Below, piece after piece: positions 30,188 through 43,521 of a DNA stretch of 64,000 bases (the stretch's first letter is position 1; every line of letters begins with the position of its first letter). The DNA is from Trypanosoma brucei (taxonomy: Eukaryota): assembly GCA_000002445.1 (NCBI GenBank), contig CP000070.1, positions 1,440,001 through 1,504,000 of the forward strand, written 5' to 3'. Below the pieces are notes generated by a model, which did not search any database, was not told where the DNA came from, and saw only the letters and a program-made list of their open reading frames with translations. The translations under genes and the position numbers were made by a program.

Positions 30188-32608
30188 ATGATATCTGGTT
30201 TTGCAGATTTCTTTAACATCAATCATCTCGACATGTCGAGTGATGCCAACGATGTGATTGTTGTGCATCACCCTGATGGTCGCTTACATAGCACCGACTT
30301 CAACGTCCGCTTCGGTAAAGTAAAAGTCCTTCGTCCGGGTGACAAAGTGGTGCGTATTGAAGTAAATGGCCAAATGACATCAGCAATCATGAAGATTGGA
30401 CCGAATGGCGAAGCGTTTTGGTTGAAGACAACATGCCTATTGGATGGGGATTGCGGGAGACCGGAGTCGCCCGTTTTTGCCAGTGACGACTCGCAAGACA
30501 CCGGAGCCTCGATCACCTCTGCCGGAGGAGGGGAACTTCCCGTAAAATCCCTACGGCACCGATTATTTGGCTCTTGGGGGAAAAACAAGTTTAATGGGAC
30601 TCAAGATGACCCGGAAACGAGGAGCCATCAACCTCTTATCAAGCAAGATTGCGATGAACGCCTGCATGTTAATACGCAGGCGCAATGTTCAGGTGCTGAT
30701 GCTGTTGAATTGCATCTCGCCGAGGAAACTGTTGTTGCGGCAGAGCGTGCGATGCAGGAAATCAAGCGGCTGTCGCATCAGAATCCCGATTATCTACGGG
30801 ATGTAGTGATGGGTGACACCGAGGGTGAAGCGTGTTTACAGGAGCTAAGCGGATTTCAGGACTATACGAGGTTAATGGTTGATACGACGGAGGGAAGCAG
30901 CACTGCAGTGAACAGTACCGAAATTACTGTTGGTGTTCCTGATGATGTTACACAGATGGTGCAAGTAGAAACTTCCACCCAAGGTGGAGATGGTTCTTTT
31001 TCCGACGTCGCTGCACTGGGTTCATCAGCAAGTGATGAGGGACTTGAGGCGTCAGCTGACGATTATATTTTTGAGGATGTTCATCTTCCCGCGGACACTG
31101 ATGAAGGGGTAACAGCAGGTTGCAGCGGCACGCCACCGTGTGGCTCTTGTACACCTGCACGGAGTGTTGCACCAGTAACTCCCGTTCCTGATGTTTGTGC
31201 CAGCAACCCTCCATCACCGTGTGGCCCCACTCCGGAGGGGCAAGGGGCTGTGTCTCAACAAAATGATGTGCCGAGCAAGGCGACGGCAAGCAACTACAGT
31301 GGCAGTGGTACCAACGACTTGAATTCCAATGGCATTACATCAAGTGACGGGACATACTTTACTCGCAGCCTCGTTCCCATGGAAGCGGATCTGTTAAAGC
31401 TAAACCTTGTCCCGGGGCACAATCGCATTCGCTATATTACGCACAGTTCCCTCCGTGGTGAAGTTGCTGTAGAGGCGAACGTGTACTTGTGGGACTCTAC
31501 TGACCGCCTTGTCATTAGTGACGTGGATGGCACGATCACGAAAAGTGATGTTCTGGGCCACATCATGCCTTTGATTGGTCGGGATTGGACCCATCCCGGT
31601 ATTTGCTCGTTGTATAGCCAGATTCAAAAAAATGGCTATCGTCTTGTATACCTCACTGCACGAAGTGTTTCACAGATAAGCATGACGCGCAAATTTTTGT
31701 GGAATATACAGCAGAATGGAGTGTCACTTCCCAAGGGCCCGGTGCTTACAGCACCGAAGCGACTGTTCTCAGCGCTGGCGCAGGAGGTAGCGATGAAATC
31801 CCATTTTTTCAAGATTGCCTGTCTTCAGAAGGTGGTCAATGCCTTCCCACAAAAAACTAAACCCTTCTACGCGGGTTTTGGAAACCGACTGAGTGATATG
31901 CTAAGTTACCTTGCCGTCATGGTTCCGGAACATAAAATATATGTTGTCGACTCAAAGAGTTTGGTTCGCGTGGCGAATGTGACATCAACCTATCAAAGGC
32001 TTGCGGATGATGTGGATAGCAGTTTCCCACCAATTGTGAGGCGACATAACTTAAGTTATGTTCAGTTTGGTTTAGGTTGTTCCGCGGGTGCGCATAACGG
32101 GGGAGCTACATTCAAAGGGAGCGAAGGAGAGCCTTTCTCCGATGGCAGGCGTTTTTCTTCTTACAGCAGCGGCGATAAATTTAGTCCAACGCCCACCGGA
32201 ATTACCAACACCGCCTCGTTTAGTAGTCAAGGAACTTCTACGCACCCGTTGTCTGCACTTGGGAATGGGCTTGGCCTCGCTGATATCGATGCGCGTGGTT
32301 TGGAAATGTCTGGAATGAGTAATCCCAGTGCGAGCGTCGCTGTAACCAACCGCACGAATGACCCAACCTCCACATATAAGCCGTGCGATGTCGTCGTTGA
32401 CAGAGAATTTGACTCTTTTGTGTACTGGCGTGCACAACCAACTGACATGATAGAAGGGGAAAGCAGCGCCTTCAATACTAAGGCCGCTACAAACCTTGAG
32501 CAGAAGGATCAGCAACCACGGGTAATTAATGAAAAAAAAGCTTCATGGTTGCCTTTGGGTCTTGGTAACACAAGCAGCGAAAACTATCAACAAGGTGACA
32601 CTGTGTGA
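30188..32608 (+). CDS. LPN: Lipin-family Mg2+-dependent phosphatidate phosphatase with N-LIP and C-LIP/LNS2 (HAD) domains.
   Basis: N-LIP signature DVIVVHHPDGRLHSTDFNVRFGK. HAD motif I DVDGTITKSD (the DxDxT of lipins). Motif GYRLVYLTARS. A long acidic, Ser-rich linker separates the two domains. The ATG at 30188 lies within a track ORF that starts at GTG 30182. Confidence 0.9.
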   Translation: MISGFADFFNINHLDMSSDANDVIVVHHPDGRLHSTDFNVRFGKVKVLRPGDKVVRIEVNGQMTSAIMKIGPNGEAFWLKTTCLLDGDCGRPESPVFASDDSQDTGASITSAGGGELPVKSLRHRLFGSWGKNKFNGTQDDPETRSHQPLIKQDCDERLHVNTQAQCSGADAVELHLAEETVVAAERAMQEIKRLSHQNPDYLRDVVMGDTEGEACLQELSGFQDYTRLMVDTTEGSSTAVNSTEITVGVPDDVTQMVQVETSTQGGDGSFSDVAALGSSASDEGLEASADDYIFEDVHLPADTDEGVTAGCSGTPPCGSCTPARSVAPVTPVPDVCASNPPSPCGPTPEGQGAVSQQNDVPSKATASNYSGSGTNDLNSNGITSSDGTYFTRSLVPMEADLLKLNLVPGHNRIRYITHSSLRGEVAVEANVYLWDSTDRLVISDVDGTITKSDVLGHIMPLIGRDWTHPGICSLYSQIQKNGYRLVYLTARSVSQISMTRKFLWNIQQNGVSLPKGPVLTAPKRLFSALAQEVAMKSHFFKIACLQKVVNAFPQKTKPFYAGFGNRLSDMLSYLAVMVPEHKIYVVDSKSLVRVANVTSTYQRLADDVDSSFPPIVRRHNLSYVQFGLGCSAGAHNGGATFKGSEGEPFSDGRRFSSYSSGDKFSPTPTGITNTASFSSQGTSTHPLSALGNGLGLADIDARGLEMSGMSNPSASVAVTNRTNDPTSTYKPCDVVVDREFDSFVYWRAQPTDMIEGESSAFNTKAATNLEQKDQQPRVINEKKASWLPLGLGNTSSENYQQGDTV

Positions 32609-32772
32609 TGGCGTGGGTGTGGTGATTTCGTTTAAACAAATGAGGAGTACAGGAGGGGAAAAGGAGGTGCCCATGATTATAAATTGAATCTATTGATTGG
32701 CCGTTACCAACCCATACCACGGTGAGATAAGTGTTAGGAACAGGAACCTGCAACCGAATTAAAATCACAAAC

Positions 32773-32800
32773 GAGGGAGGAGGAGGAGGAGGAGGAGGAG
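32773..32800. repeat. (GGA)9 trinucleotide repeat, then C9 and G/T-rich runs, in the lipin 3' flank.
   Basis: gggaggaggaggaggaggaggaggagg, and ccccccccc at 32864-32872. Confidence 0.85.
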
Positions 32801-34643
32801 GCCAAGTTGATGTCTTTGATGACGTGTACAGCGGGACATGCGAGAAGGAAAACTCAGTTTTCTTCTCCCCCCCCCCTTGTGCACGGTGCCGCATTTGTAT
32901 CACTACAACATGTTGATATCTTTTTCTTTTTTTTTATGTGTGTGTTTGAAAGGGGGAAGTGAACAGTCTCGACACCAATGTGTTCCCTCAACACTTTTGT
33001 TTTTTAGTCGACCGCTACTGTTTCCTTTAGTCCTTCTCGTTACATTTCCCCCTCCTTTTTTTCGTTTCCTCACCTTTCCGTTCAATTTAACATCATACGT
33101 GGTCATGGATTTGTACTGAATGAGTACAGGATGTTGTTAACTATTAGAAGTGCGAGGAAACAATGAAAACCGACGTGGGGGAGAAGAAAAGGAGAAACGG
33201 TGCGGTGATAAATCTGTGAATTCGTGTCGTAGAGGAGCTCTGTCTCTGTCTCTTTCTCTTTCTCTTTCTATTTGCCGTTTTTTCTTTTTTTTATTTTGTT
33301 AAGTGTGTTCGTGAGGCGTCTCATAAAGGGTTTCGTTTTCTTCCACCTTTTCCTCACAACTCCCCTTTCCATAGCTTTTGTTCCTTTGTTCGTTGGAACT
33401 ACTACTCCATTTTTTTTTTTTTACCACACGATATCACAGTAAGAAGCAGGTTCTGTTAAGCAAAATAATAAATGCCCATCAACGAATAAAAAAGAAATCG
33501 TGTGGGGCGGGTATGGGGTTGATTGCGCATTAGTGAGTTAGGGTCTCACTGAACTGTTATCTTCTGTTAGAACATTGTCTCATTTGGTTGGTTTTGGATT
33601 TCATTTTTTTTTTCTGTTCTTGTTGCCGGGTCGTGGTGGTGCTGAAATGGTTATTATTACTATTATTATTGTTGTTGCTTGACTGCCCTTCTGGACAACC
33701 TTCTTTTCCCTCTTCTATTTTGTTGAACGTGGAGTACGACAGAAGGTCCCGATTTAGTTTCTTTTTTTTCTGTTTCCATTAATACTTTCAACTATTTCGG
33801 GCTCTGCGTACCTTCAGTAGCGTTAAAAAAAAACAGTAATTCCCTTATTTCAACCACTTTTTTCTTTCCGTTGCGAACAACAGGTGGCAATTTCCTCGGT
33901 AAGGAGGTTGTGTATCGGAACCATGCGTCATGTGGTTAAAGTCCTACGCGTTTTTTGCTTGTTTTATGCCCTTATTTTGCTGCGTGTGCGAAGGTCTAAT
34001 TATGCCCAGTTGGTGCGGTGCGTTGTCATCTTTATGTGTGTGAATTAATATTGTTTGCTCCCTTTTGTTTTTTTGTCCCCTTCCGCTTATTCGTATGCAT
34101 TACCCACTCATTTCGCATTGGTGAGTAGAAAATTTGCTGATTTTAAATCCCTTTCTGCCTTTCCCCCCTAATTACACTGTATCCGTACCCCTACACATAC
34201 ACAAAACTAAAAGGGGGTGAATGAGGGGGAGATACGGAAAGTTTAAAGCAGTTTTGCACCATGTTTCATGTTTACCAGCATTCACATTCTAACATATTTT
34301 TATGCCTATACACGCCGGTGGTACCGATGTGCTATCTGTAATATTGGACGAACTTTGCTTTCACGAAGTTCCCTTTTTCTTTTTGTTGTTGTCTGTTTCT
34401 TCTGCTTCGGGTTTCCGGACCTTACGTCATATCCACATGACAGATTTTCCGCATTAGATTGGCTATCCAGACCCGCATACACAAGTATAACTAAATAAAC
34501 ATTTATATATATATATATATATTGCTGCCGGCAGTCGGCGGCATCACAAAGAAGGGGAAAGAGAAGAAAGAAAAGTAGGTTTCCAAAACAAGTTGGGAGG
34601 AGGTTCTTCTTTGGTTTCACAACTCCACTGAAACATAGGTGCG

Positions 34644-34684
34644 TTTTCATTCTTGCTGCTTCCTTTCCCCCTTCTTCTGCATAG
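34644..34684 (+). promoter_or_regulatory. Polypyrimidine tract plus AG immediately upstream of the ATG at 34719; a candidate trans-splice acceptor.
   Basis: ttcttgctgcttcctttcccccttcttctgcatag. Confidence 0.45.
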
Positions 34685-34718
34685 TGACCTCCAACTTCCC
34701 TCCGTAAAGGTCACAAAA

Positions 34719-35327
34719 ATGCAATTCGATGAAGATATTGTGCCCCTCATGGAGAAGATGAATGCTGCATTGGATCGAGTGCATCAGTGCCTCCTTCCGC
34801 TTCTCTCGTCCCTAGACGAGGATATGTTGGTTTCCAATTACACTGTGGATGAGCAAGCTCGTATTTCCCTTTCAGCCGCCTCCGCGTTGCTGTTTCTTAC
34901 GTATGCTCACGACAGACTTCTCAACCGAGCTCAGGGGGCGGGGGAGGATCAGCAGTTGATGCTTAAAATTAACCGTGTAACGGAGTACATTGGCAAGTTA
35001 CGGGAAATAACATCATTGGAATGTAAACCTCGGTCAAGTAAGGGACAGACACAACAGGAAGGACATGATGGTGATGTTAGCGAAGTTAGAAACCGCAAGA
35101 GGGAACGCGGTGAGCCGCCTGAGAAAGCTACAAAGTACGCGAAGGTCGATGATGGGCGCGCTAGTAAGGGTGGAGCTTTGGAGAATGTGAAAGCCGATGG
35201 GGAAGATGCTTCGGTGGACCCCTACGGTGATGCGATTCTATTCAAAGAAATAGAACGCAAAGGAGGCAAAACATCTGCTTTAGTGCAGAACTTGTTGCAG
35301 CACGTTACGGGAACTAACAACTCCTGA
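34719..35327 (+). CDS. Small Sas10/C1D-domain protein (202 aa). It is a candidate Rrp47/C1D-like nuclear exosome cofactor.
   Basis: The N-terminal segment QARISLSAASALLFLTYAHDRLLNRAQ...LMLKINRVTEYIGKLREI follows the Sas10/C1D pattern: AKL-x-LA-x-A-LF-x-YL, then Q-EL-x-R-x-YM-x-K-x-KEI. The C-terminus is Lys/Arg-rich. The track ORF begins at TTG 34653; the first ATG is 34719. Confidence 0.5.
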   Translation: MQFDEDIVPLMEKMNAALDRVHQCLLPLLSSLDEDMLVSNYTVDEQARISLSAASALLFLTYAHDRLLNRAQGAGEDQQLMLKINRVTEYIGKLREITSLECKPRSSKGQTQQEGHDGDVSEVRNRKRERGEPPEKATKYAKVDDGRASKGGALENVKADGEDASVDPYGDAILFKEIERKGGKTSALVQNLLQHVTGTNNS

Positions 35328-35975
35328 GTGATGAGTGGAATTAAACACATGTGTCAATATTTATAGCCTACCTTCAATTACACTTCTGGCATATCGAGAC
35401 ACTTAAAGAGAGGCAAACAATAGTGAAATAAGAGTGCGGGAAAACGGGGGTTAAGTTGGTGTAGTTTTATCTTCTTCCGGGGTGAGCGTATCCCGCTTAT
35501 TTTACAGTTTGCAATTTGCTTTTCTCAGTGTGTATCGTTTATATCGTGCCAGATTTCTCAAGGAAGAAGGAAGTGTCCATTTGTGTTCCCACCCCCCTAC
35601 CCCGTTTCCTATCTTACGTCACCCGCGTATTAATGGTAACGTCTACATCACCCAGATCGGGAAACCTCCCCTTCCTGTACGTAATTTCATTTATTAAGTG
35701 GGATTGTGAAGTGTGTGGTATTGTGGAAAACAATAACATTTCAGGTGATTTAGTGGGATGGTGCGCTAACGTTTGCTTAAGGTTCTGTTTTTAATTTTTT
35801 TCTTTTTTGACTGCTACGTTAATCTTGTCGACCCCTTTTACCGCATGTGTTTTCAACATGCATACACATATCGTTTCCTTTCCCACCCCCTCTTTCTGCT
35901 TGTTTGTTGCGATGGATATTTTGTATTAATATCTTTTTGTGAGTGAAAGCCTCAGGTATAGAGGTTGGGAAGGGC

Positions 35976-38015
35976 ATGTCCCGCCCCTGTGGCGTGCAGT
36001 TGGCAATTCCGGCAAGGTTAGCCGCTATAGTATTGGGTGCTGCAGTGTTTACGTTTCTATTGAAAGGGACATTATGGGGCCGGCCAACCAAACTGGCCGC
36101 CGGAAGAAACTGTGAAAGAAACAACACTCCATTGGGGTCGCCAAAGCGCCGCCGCAACAAGGAGGGTTCCCTCGGCTGCGTTGAAATGTTTCGTCGCTTT
36201 TTAAAGAAATTAGGGCGTACCAGCGCTGCTGAGAAGGTGGTTGCTATACGTACGGCTAAATCTCCCGATGCAGAGATATACCGTTTGTTACTTCTCGAGC
36301 ACCAGAAGCAATTGGGTATAACTTTTTCTGTAGCTATAGAAGAAGTACCAGAACTTAGTGGAGAACTTCAAATTGTTGTAGGCCCACTTGAAGACTACAG
36401 GCGACAAACAAGCAACTGTTCCCCCTTCTCTACCACTGCTGTGACCGAAAGGGAAAGGCGCGTTGGTGGATCTGAGCAGTTAGCTAAGGTGGAACAGTTG
36501 CTTGTTTGTCGCATCAAGCTTCCCGAGAGGCGCTTTTGCTGTAACATTCCTCCATTCGTTATGAGGGTTCTCGCTGCACAAGCAAACAACAGTTTGGTGT
36601 TCAGCACACATGCCGCCGAAGTCTTGTATTGTATGCCCCGGATTGAGGAAGAAACCCGTGAATATCAGAATAAGCATTTGCTGAACACCCAGGGGGAGCA
36701 GAAACAGAAAAAATACAAACGAAGTGGATTGACTTCGTCGAGTCCATCGTTAACATTGGGTAAGGGTGCCGTGGTTTTAGGGGGTTCATCGCGACCTACC
36801 TCGAATTCGACTTTCGGTAGCCTGCAAGACACATTACAGTCTACTCCATCTTGTGGAAGCATCACCATTCAGTCGCAGCTGCGGGTGCAAGGACACGAAA
36901 CCGCCGTAATGCAAAACCTTGGTGAAAATATTGATGTCAATGCCGTACTCTTCTCCACATCTCTATTGGTGTGCGGCGACAGCACCTCTAGCGGAAAAGT
37001 TGGCCCGGCATTTTGCTGTAGCGTGCCAAATCGTGTACAGGAGAAAGACGAACCAACGCACACTGCTGTTCGTGAGGCACTTCTCAACACCTTGTTCCTC
37101 GTGTCCCCCAAGGGGTTGAACCGGGGCCCACTGGAGAAATTGAGGCAAAATCCGTTAGCCGTTTGGCGTGCATCCCGCCAGTCAGTGCTGACGACGGCAA
37201 TGCTTTACGTAATTGACGTTGCTTCCGCCAACGGTGATCCAATGGTTTGTTATTCAAGGGTCGTGGATGAGGTGGTAGCGCAAGCCGTCCTCTTGCACCA
37301 CGATGGGATGGTGTTGGACTTCATAGGTGCTTTATCTGAACGTTTTGGAAAACAGTACACACCGCACTGTACGGTTTTTCAACAGGCAGTTGAAAGCCGG
37401 CGTGAAGATCATAGTCGCAGTGGAAACGTTTCCTTCCAGGTCGATTCACCAAATCCGTGTGAAAACCTTCAAAACATACTAGAGGAACTTCCTTACATAT
37501 GTGAGTTCATCCTTGAACATCGAAATGATTTTTCCAATGCAGTGCTCACGCCGGGTGGTTCGAATCTGCTCGAAGAGGTCTTTGGTGTTCCAGCCACTGT
37601 TTTCCCTTTCCTTCCGTGCGCTCGTGAGAGCATCGCGTTTATTACACAATCATTTAACTGTATCGTAGAAACCTATGGGTCGTTGAGTTCAGAGGGGTTT
37701 TGCGAATTCAGGAGCGATGTGCTTAACGAAAGTAAGGCGGATGTGATGGCTAGCAGTCAGCGGTGCTTTCGTGAGTTAAACAACTCACGCAGTGGGATAA
37801 TCTCCTTTGAAGAGTTGTGTCACTGGATGGCGCGCAAACTGTCGAGCGACAACACACTCTCCAATCCCGATGCTCGCTTACTTTCCATTGCCATGTCCCT
37901 CGGGTTACCGATGGCTTTATTGTTGGGGACACGTCAAGAGTGGGCTCGCCTGGGTCGGGCACCAATATTTAATGGGGAAGGGGATCAAGGATGCAGACTA
38001 GCGCATGCAACGTAG
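35976..38015 (+). CDS. Hypothetical protein of about 679 aa. The exact start is uncertain: the ORF opens at GTG 35943 and the first ATG is 35976. No recognisable domain.
   Basis: Continuous 2-kb ORF in the same orientation as its neighbours, with a codon-like composition. Confidence 0.6.
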   Translation: MSRPCGVQLAIPARLAAIVLGAAVFTFLLKGTLWGRPTKLAAGRNCERNNTPLGSPKRRRNKEGSLGCVEMFRRFLKKLGRTSAAEKVVAIRTAKSPDAEIYRLLLLEHQKQLGITFSVAIEEVPELSGELQIVVGPLEDYRRQTSNCSPFSTTAVTERERRVGGSEQLAKVEQLLVCRIKLPERRFCCNIPPFVMRVLAAQANNSLVFSTHAAEVLYCMPRIEEETREYQNKHLLNTQGEQKQKKYKRSGLTSSSPSLTLGKGAVVLGGSSRPTSNSTFGSLQDTLQSTPSCGSITIQSQLRVQGHETAVMQNLGENIDVNAVLFSTSLLVCGDSTSSGKVGPAFCCSVPNRVQEKDEPTHTAVREALLNTLFLVSPKGLNRGPLEKLRQNPLAVWRASRQSVLTTAMLYVIDVASANGDPMVCYSRVVDEVVAQAVLLHHDGMVLDFIGALSERFGKQYTPHCTVFQQAVESRREDHSRSGNVSFQVDSPNPCENLQNILEELPYICEFILEHRNDFSNAVLTPGGSNLLEEVFGVPATVFPFLPCARESIAFITQSFNCIVETYGSLSSEGFCEFRSDVLNESKADVMASSQRCFRELNNSRSGIISFEELCHWMARKLSSDNTLSNPDARLLSIAMSLGLPMALLLGTRQEWARLGRAPIFNGEGDQGCRLAHAT

Positions 38016-38786
38016 TGCTGAAAGGAAAACAGTGTTCAAAGAATGTCAGTTGGTAGTGTGGAACATGCTGAGCGGGGGAGGAATAAGTTGCGGTGTATCC
38101 GTTACTTGTTCTGGCGCACAGGTCCTTGACAATAAGTGATATTTCATTTGACCTCAAAACAATGCGTCGTGTTCGTCGTGGGAAAGTGATGTGCAAAGAG
38201 AAAGAGGAGGGGGAGATGTGCTGGAGGGGAAATGGGGAGTCACTGATGTAAAACAGGTGAGGAACTCGAAGGAATTCCTCATGTTTTGGGGTGGCAAGGG
38301 GCATGTGTCTGTGTCTGTTTTTTTTTTCTATTTTTCATTTGAGGGTTCTGCAGTGCCGTGATAAATATGTGAGAAGTTCGGTTGCTGTTTTGGCACTTTT
38401 TTTTTTAACGGTGGGGAGAGATGTCGAATTTAAAGTGTTCTCTTTTCCTTCTTGTGTTTGACTTTGGTTACGCGTTGTACCACTATTATCATATCCTTTC
38501 TTTTAACCTTTGGGAGACACATCGATTTTACAAAGTCTGCTCAAATCGTCGGACGCGATCGCTTCGACACTCAGTTTGTGCTTCCGACGTTCAGCAAAAG
38601 TTTAAGGACGGACGCTGAAACACGGGAAATTCTTTACGAAAGGGTGAAAGGTAAAAAAAAAATAGGCTTAATCGAAATTTACATAGAAATTAACTTGCGT
38701 TTGTTCACGTGTGTGCTTGTGTGAAGTGGTAAAAACATCATTTGCCATACACACGTGGGAAGAGGTAAACTTCATTTGCTCGTTAG

Positions 38787-40412
<1,626 letters not shown>

Positions 40413-41926
40413 GAATGGGTGGAAATGCTGAGAATGTTTCTGCGAACACGGGCGCGATATTTTTTATGGAAGCAATTGTTGAAGATGTTGTTTTACGCTG
40501 CCGGGTTGTAGGGAGAGTAGTTTCCACTAAAACTAATGGCGACCGAAAAGTTTGCACAAGTGTCGATACATTTTTTGGAGCGAACGGACCCAGTGCAGTC
40601 CCCACCTGATTTTTATTATTTACAACAACTTTCACATTTGTGACATACATAGATCGAACCCCTCTTTCACTGTAAATGATGTTCCTTTGTCATTATTGTT
40701 TTTCGTTACTACTTCCATTTTTTTTAAAAAAATATATATATATCATGGTTTAATTTCTCCTTTCTCTGGCCCGCACCTCCCGCGCCCTGTGGTGACGGGA
40801 GTTGTCGATTGCACAGATTCATTTGATTTCTGGGGGACGCGTATCGCAAATCCCCTCTCATGTATTTCATGAGAGTACTATAGATGTTTTTTTTTTCCTT
40901 TATAGACGGGTGGGAGAATGCGGATTCTTAATGACGGTGTATACATATGTATGCCCGTGTGTGTGTGCGCGCGGTCGTAGGGGAGTATTAGGACAGGTAA
41001 GCGTGTATTCTTATCCATCATTCGCTGAATGTAACAGGAAAGTTTCCTTTCATTCTTCAAATTACTACGTTTTTTTTCTTTATTTAAGCAGTCACTGACC
41101 GCCTATTATATTCAGCTGTGGTTCATTTTACTGCCACTTTTCATGAGGGGATTTGTTTACCTCCCTTCCATTTTTCTGGTTCCTATGTTACCTATGTTGT
41201 TTGTCTTCCCAATCTTCTGTGATCGGGAAAATAATGAATAGAACATAATGCTATATGACTTTGACAACTTGGTTTGCTGACATGGATGTTTCTCCGCGTG
41301 TTCGTTCTGACCTTCATTGTACGTTGTCCTTACTTTTTCCGGATCTTCTTTTTTTTTTAAAAAAGGGGGGCAGAAAGAAACGGCTATATACATTAGTATA
41401 CATATATATATCCTTCACACTTTAGTAGTGGGATTAACGTACACACAAATACCGTATTTGATCTCGAACACTTTTGTTTTACAGCTATACGTACGCGGAG
41501 TGATTAACTGAGGTAACAACAGCGGCAGCGTCTGCATTAATAATACGTTTAACGATAATAATAGTAATAATAATAAGTTTAGTCTCAAAGTGGACGGACA
41601 CCTAGCAGACAGGTTCACATACACAGACACACACACACACTTAGTTATTCCCTCGCCTGTTTTTAGAATTTAAAAAAGAAAAGATTCAAAAAAAAAAAAG
41701 AGCGCGGCACTACAAACGATATAGTGGGTGGTCGTGTTGTGTCAAGTATAATTTTAATTACTAAGCCTCACCGAGTCACCTAAAATAAGTAGCAACCGTG
41801 GTAAAAAAGTAACGGAGAGGAACGAATCGAAAGCAACCATAACAGGAAACGCAACAAAAAAAACATAAGTTGGAGGTAATTGAACGTGTCACACTCACTG
41901 CCGACTGCGCAATACACACGGAGTGA

Positions 41927-43117
<1,191 letters not shown>

Positions 43118-43521
43118 CCTGGAGGAAGGGCGTGGCTCATATTCACAAGAAGGGGAAAATGAAAAGGAAATGAGGGTGAACAGTGTGCGTCAAGTTTGAT
43201 AGGCCGACACTGTTTTTTGATGCTGATTTTTTCTGGGTTTCATGCAGAAGGTGCGTGTTTGTGTGCATGCATGTGTGCTCAAAGAAAAGTTATCAAATCC
43301 GTCTTGAGGTGCACTGCATTTGCTTCCATTCCCCTCGTTTGTCTTCGACAACCTTCAGTTAAATGAATACACATGTCAATACGACTTGGGGCGCTAAGCA
43401 GGATTTGATCGATGCAACTGCCAATTTCTTTGTCTGTCATGTCCCCTATCCTTTCTTCACTCTCCCACTCCACACACTACGAAAATAATAATAATAATTG
43501 AGTCTTGCATTCCAATGAAGC

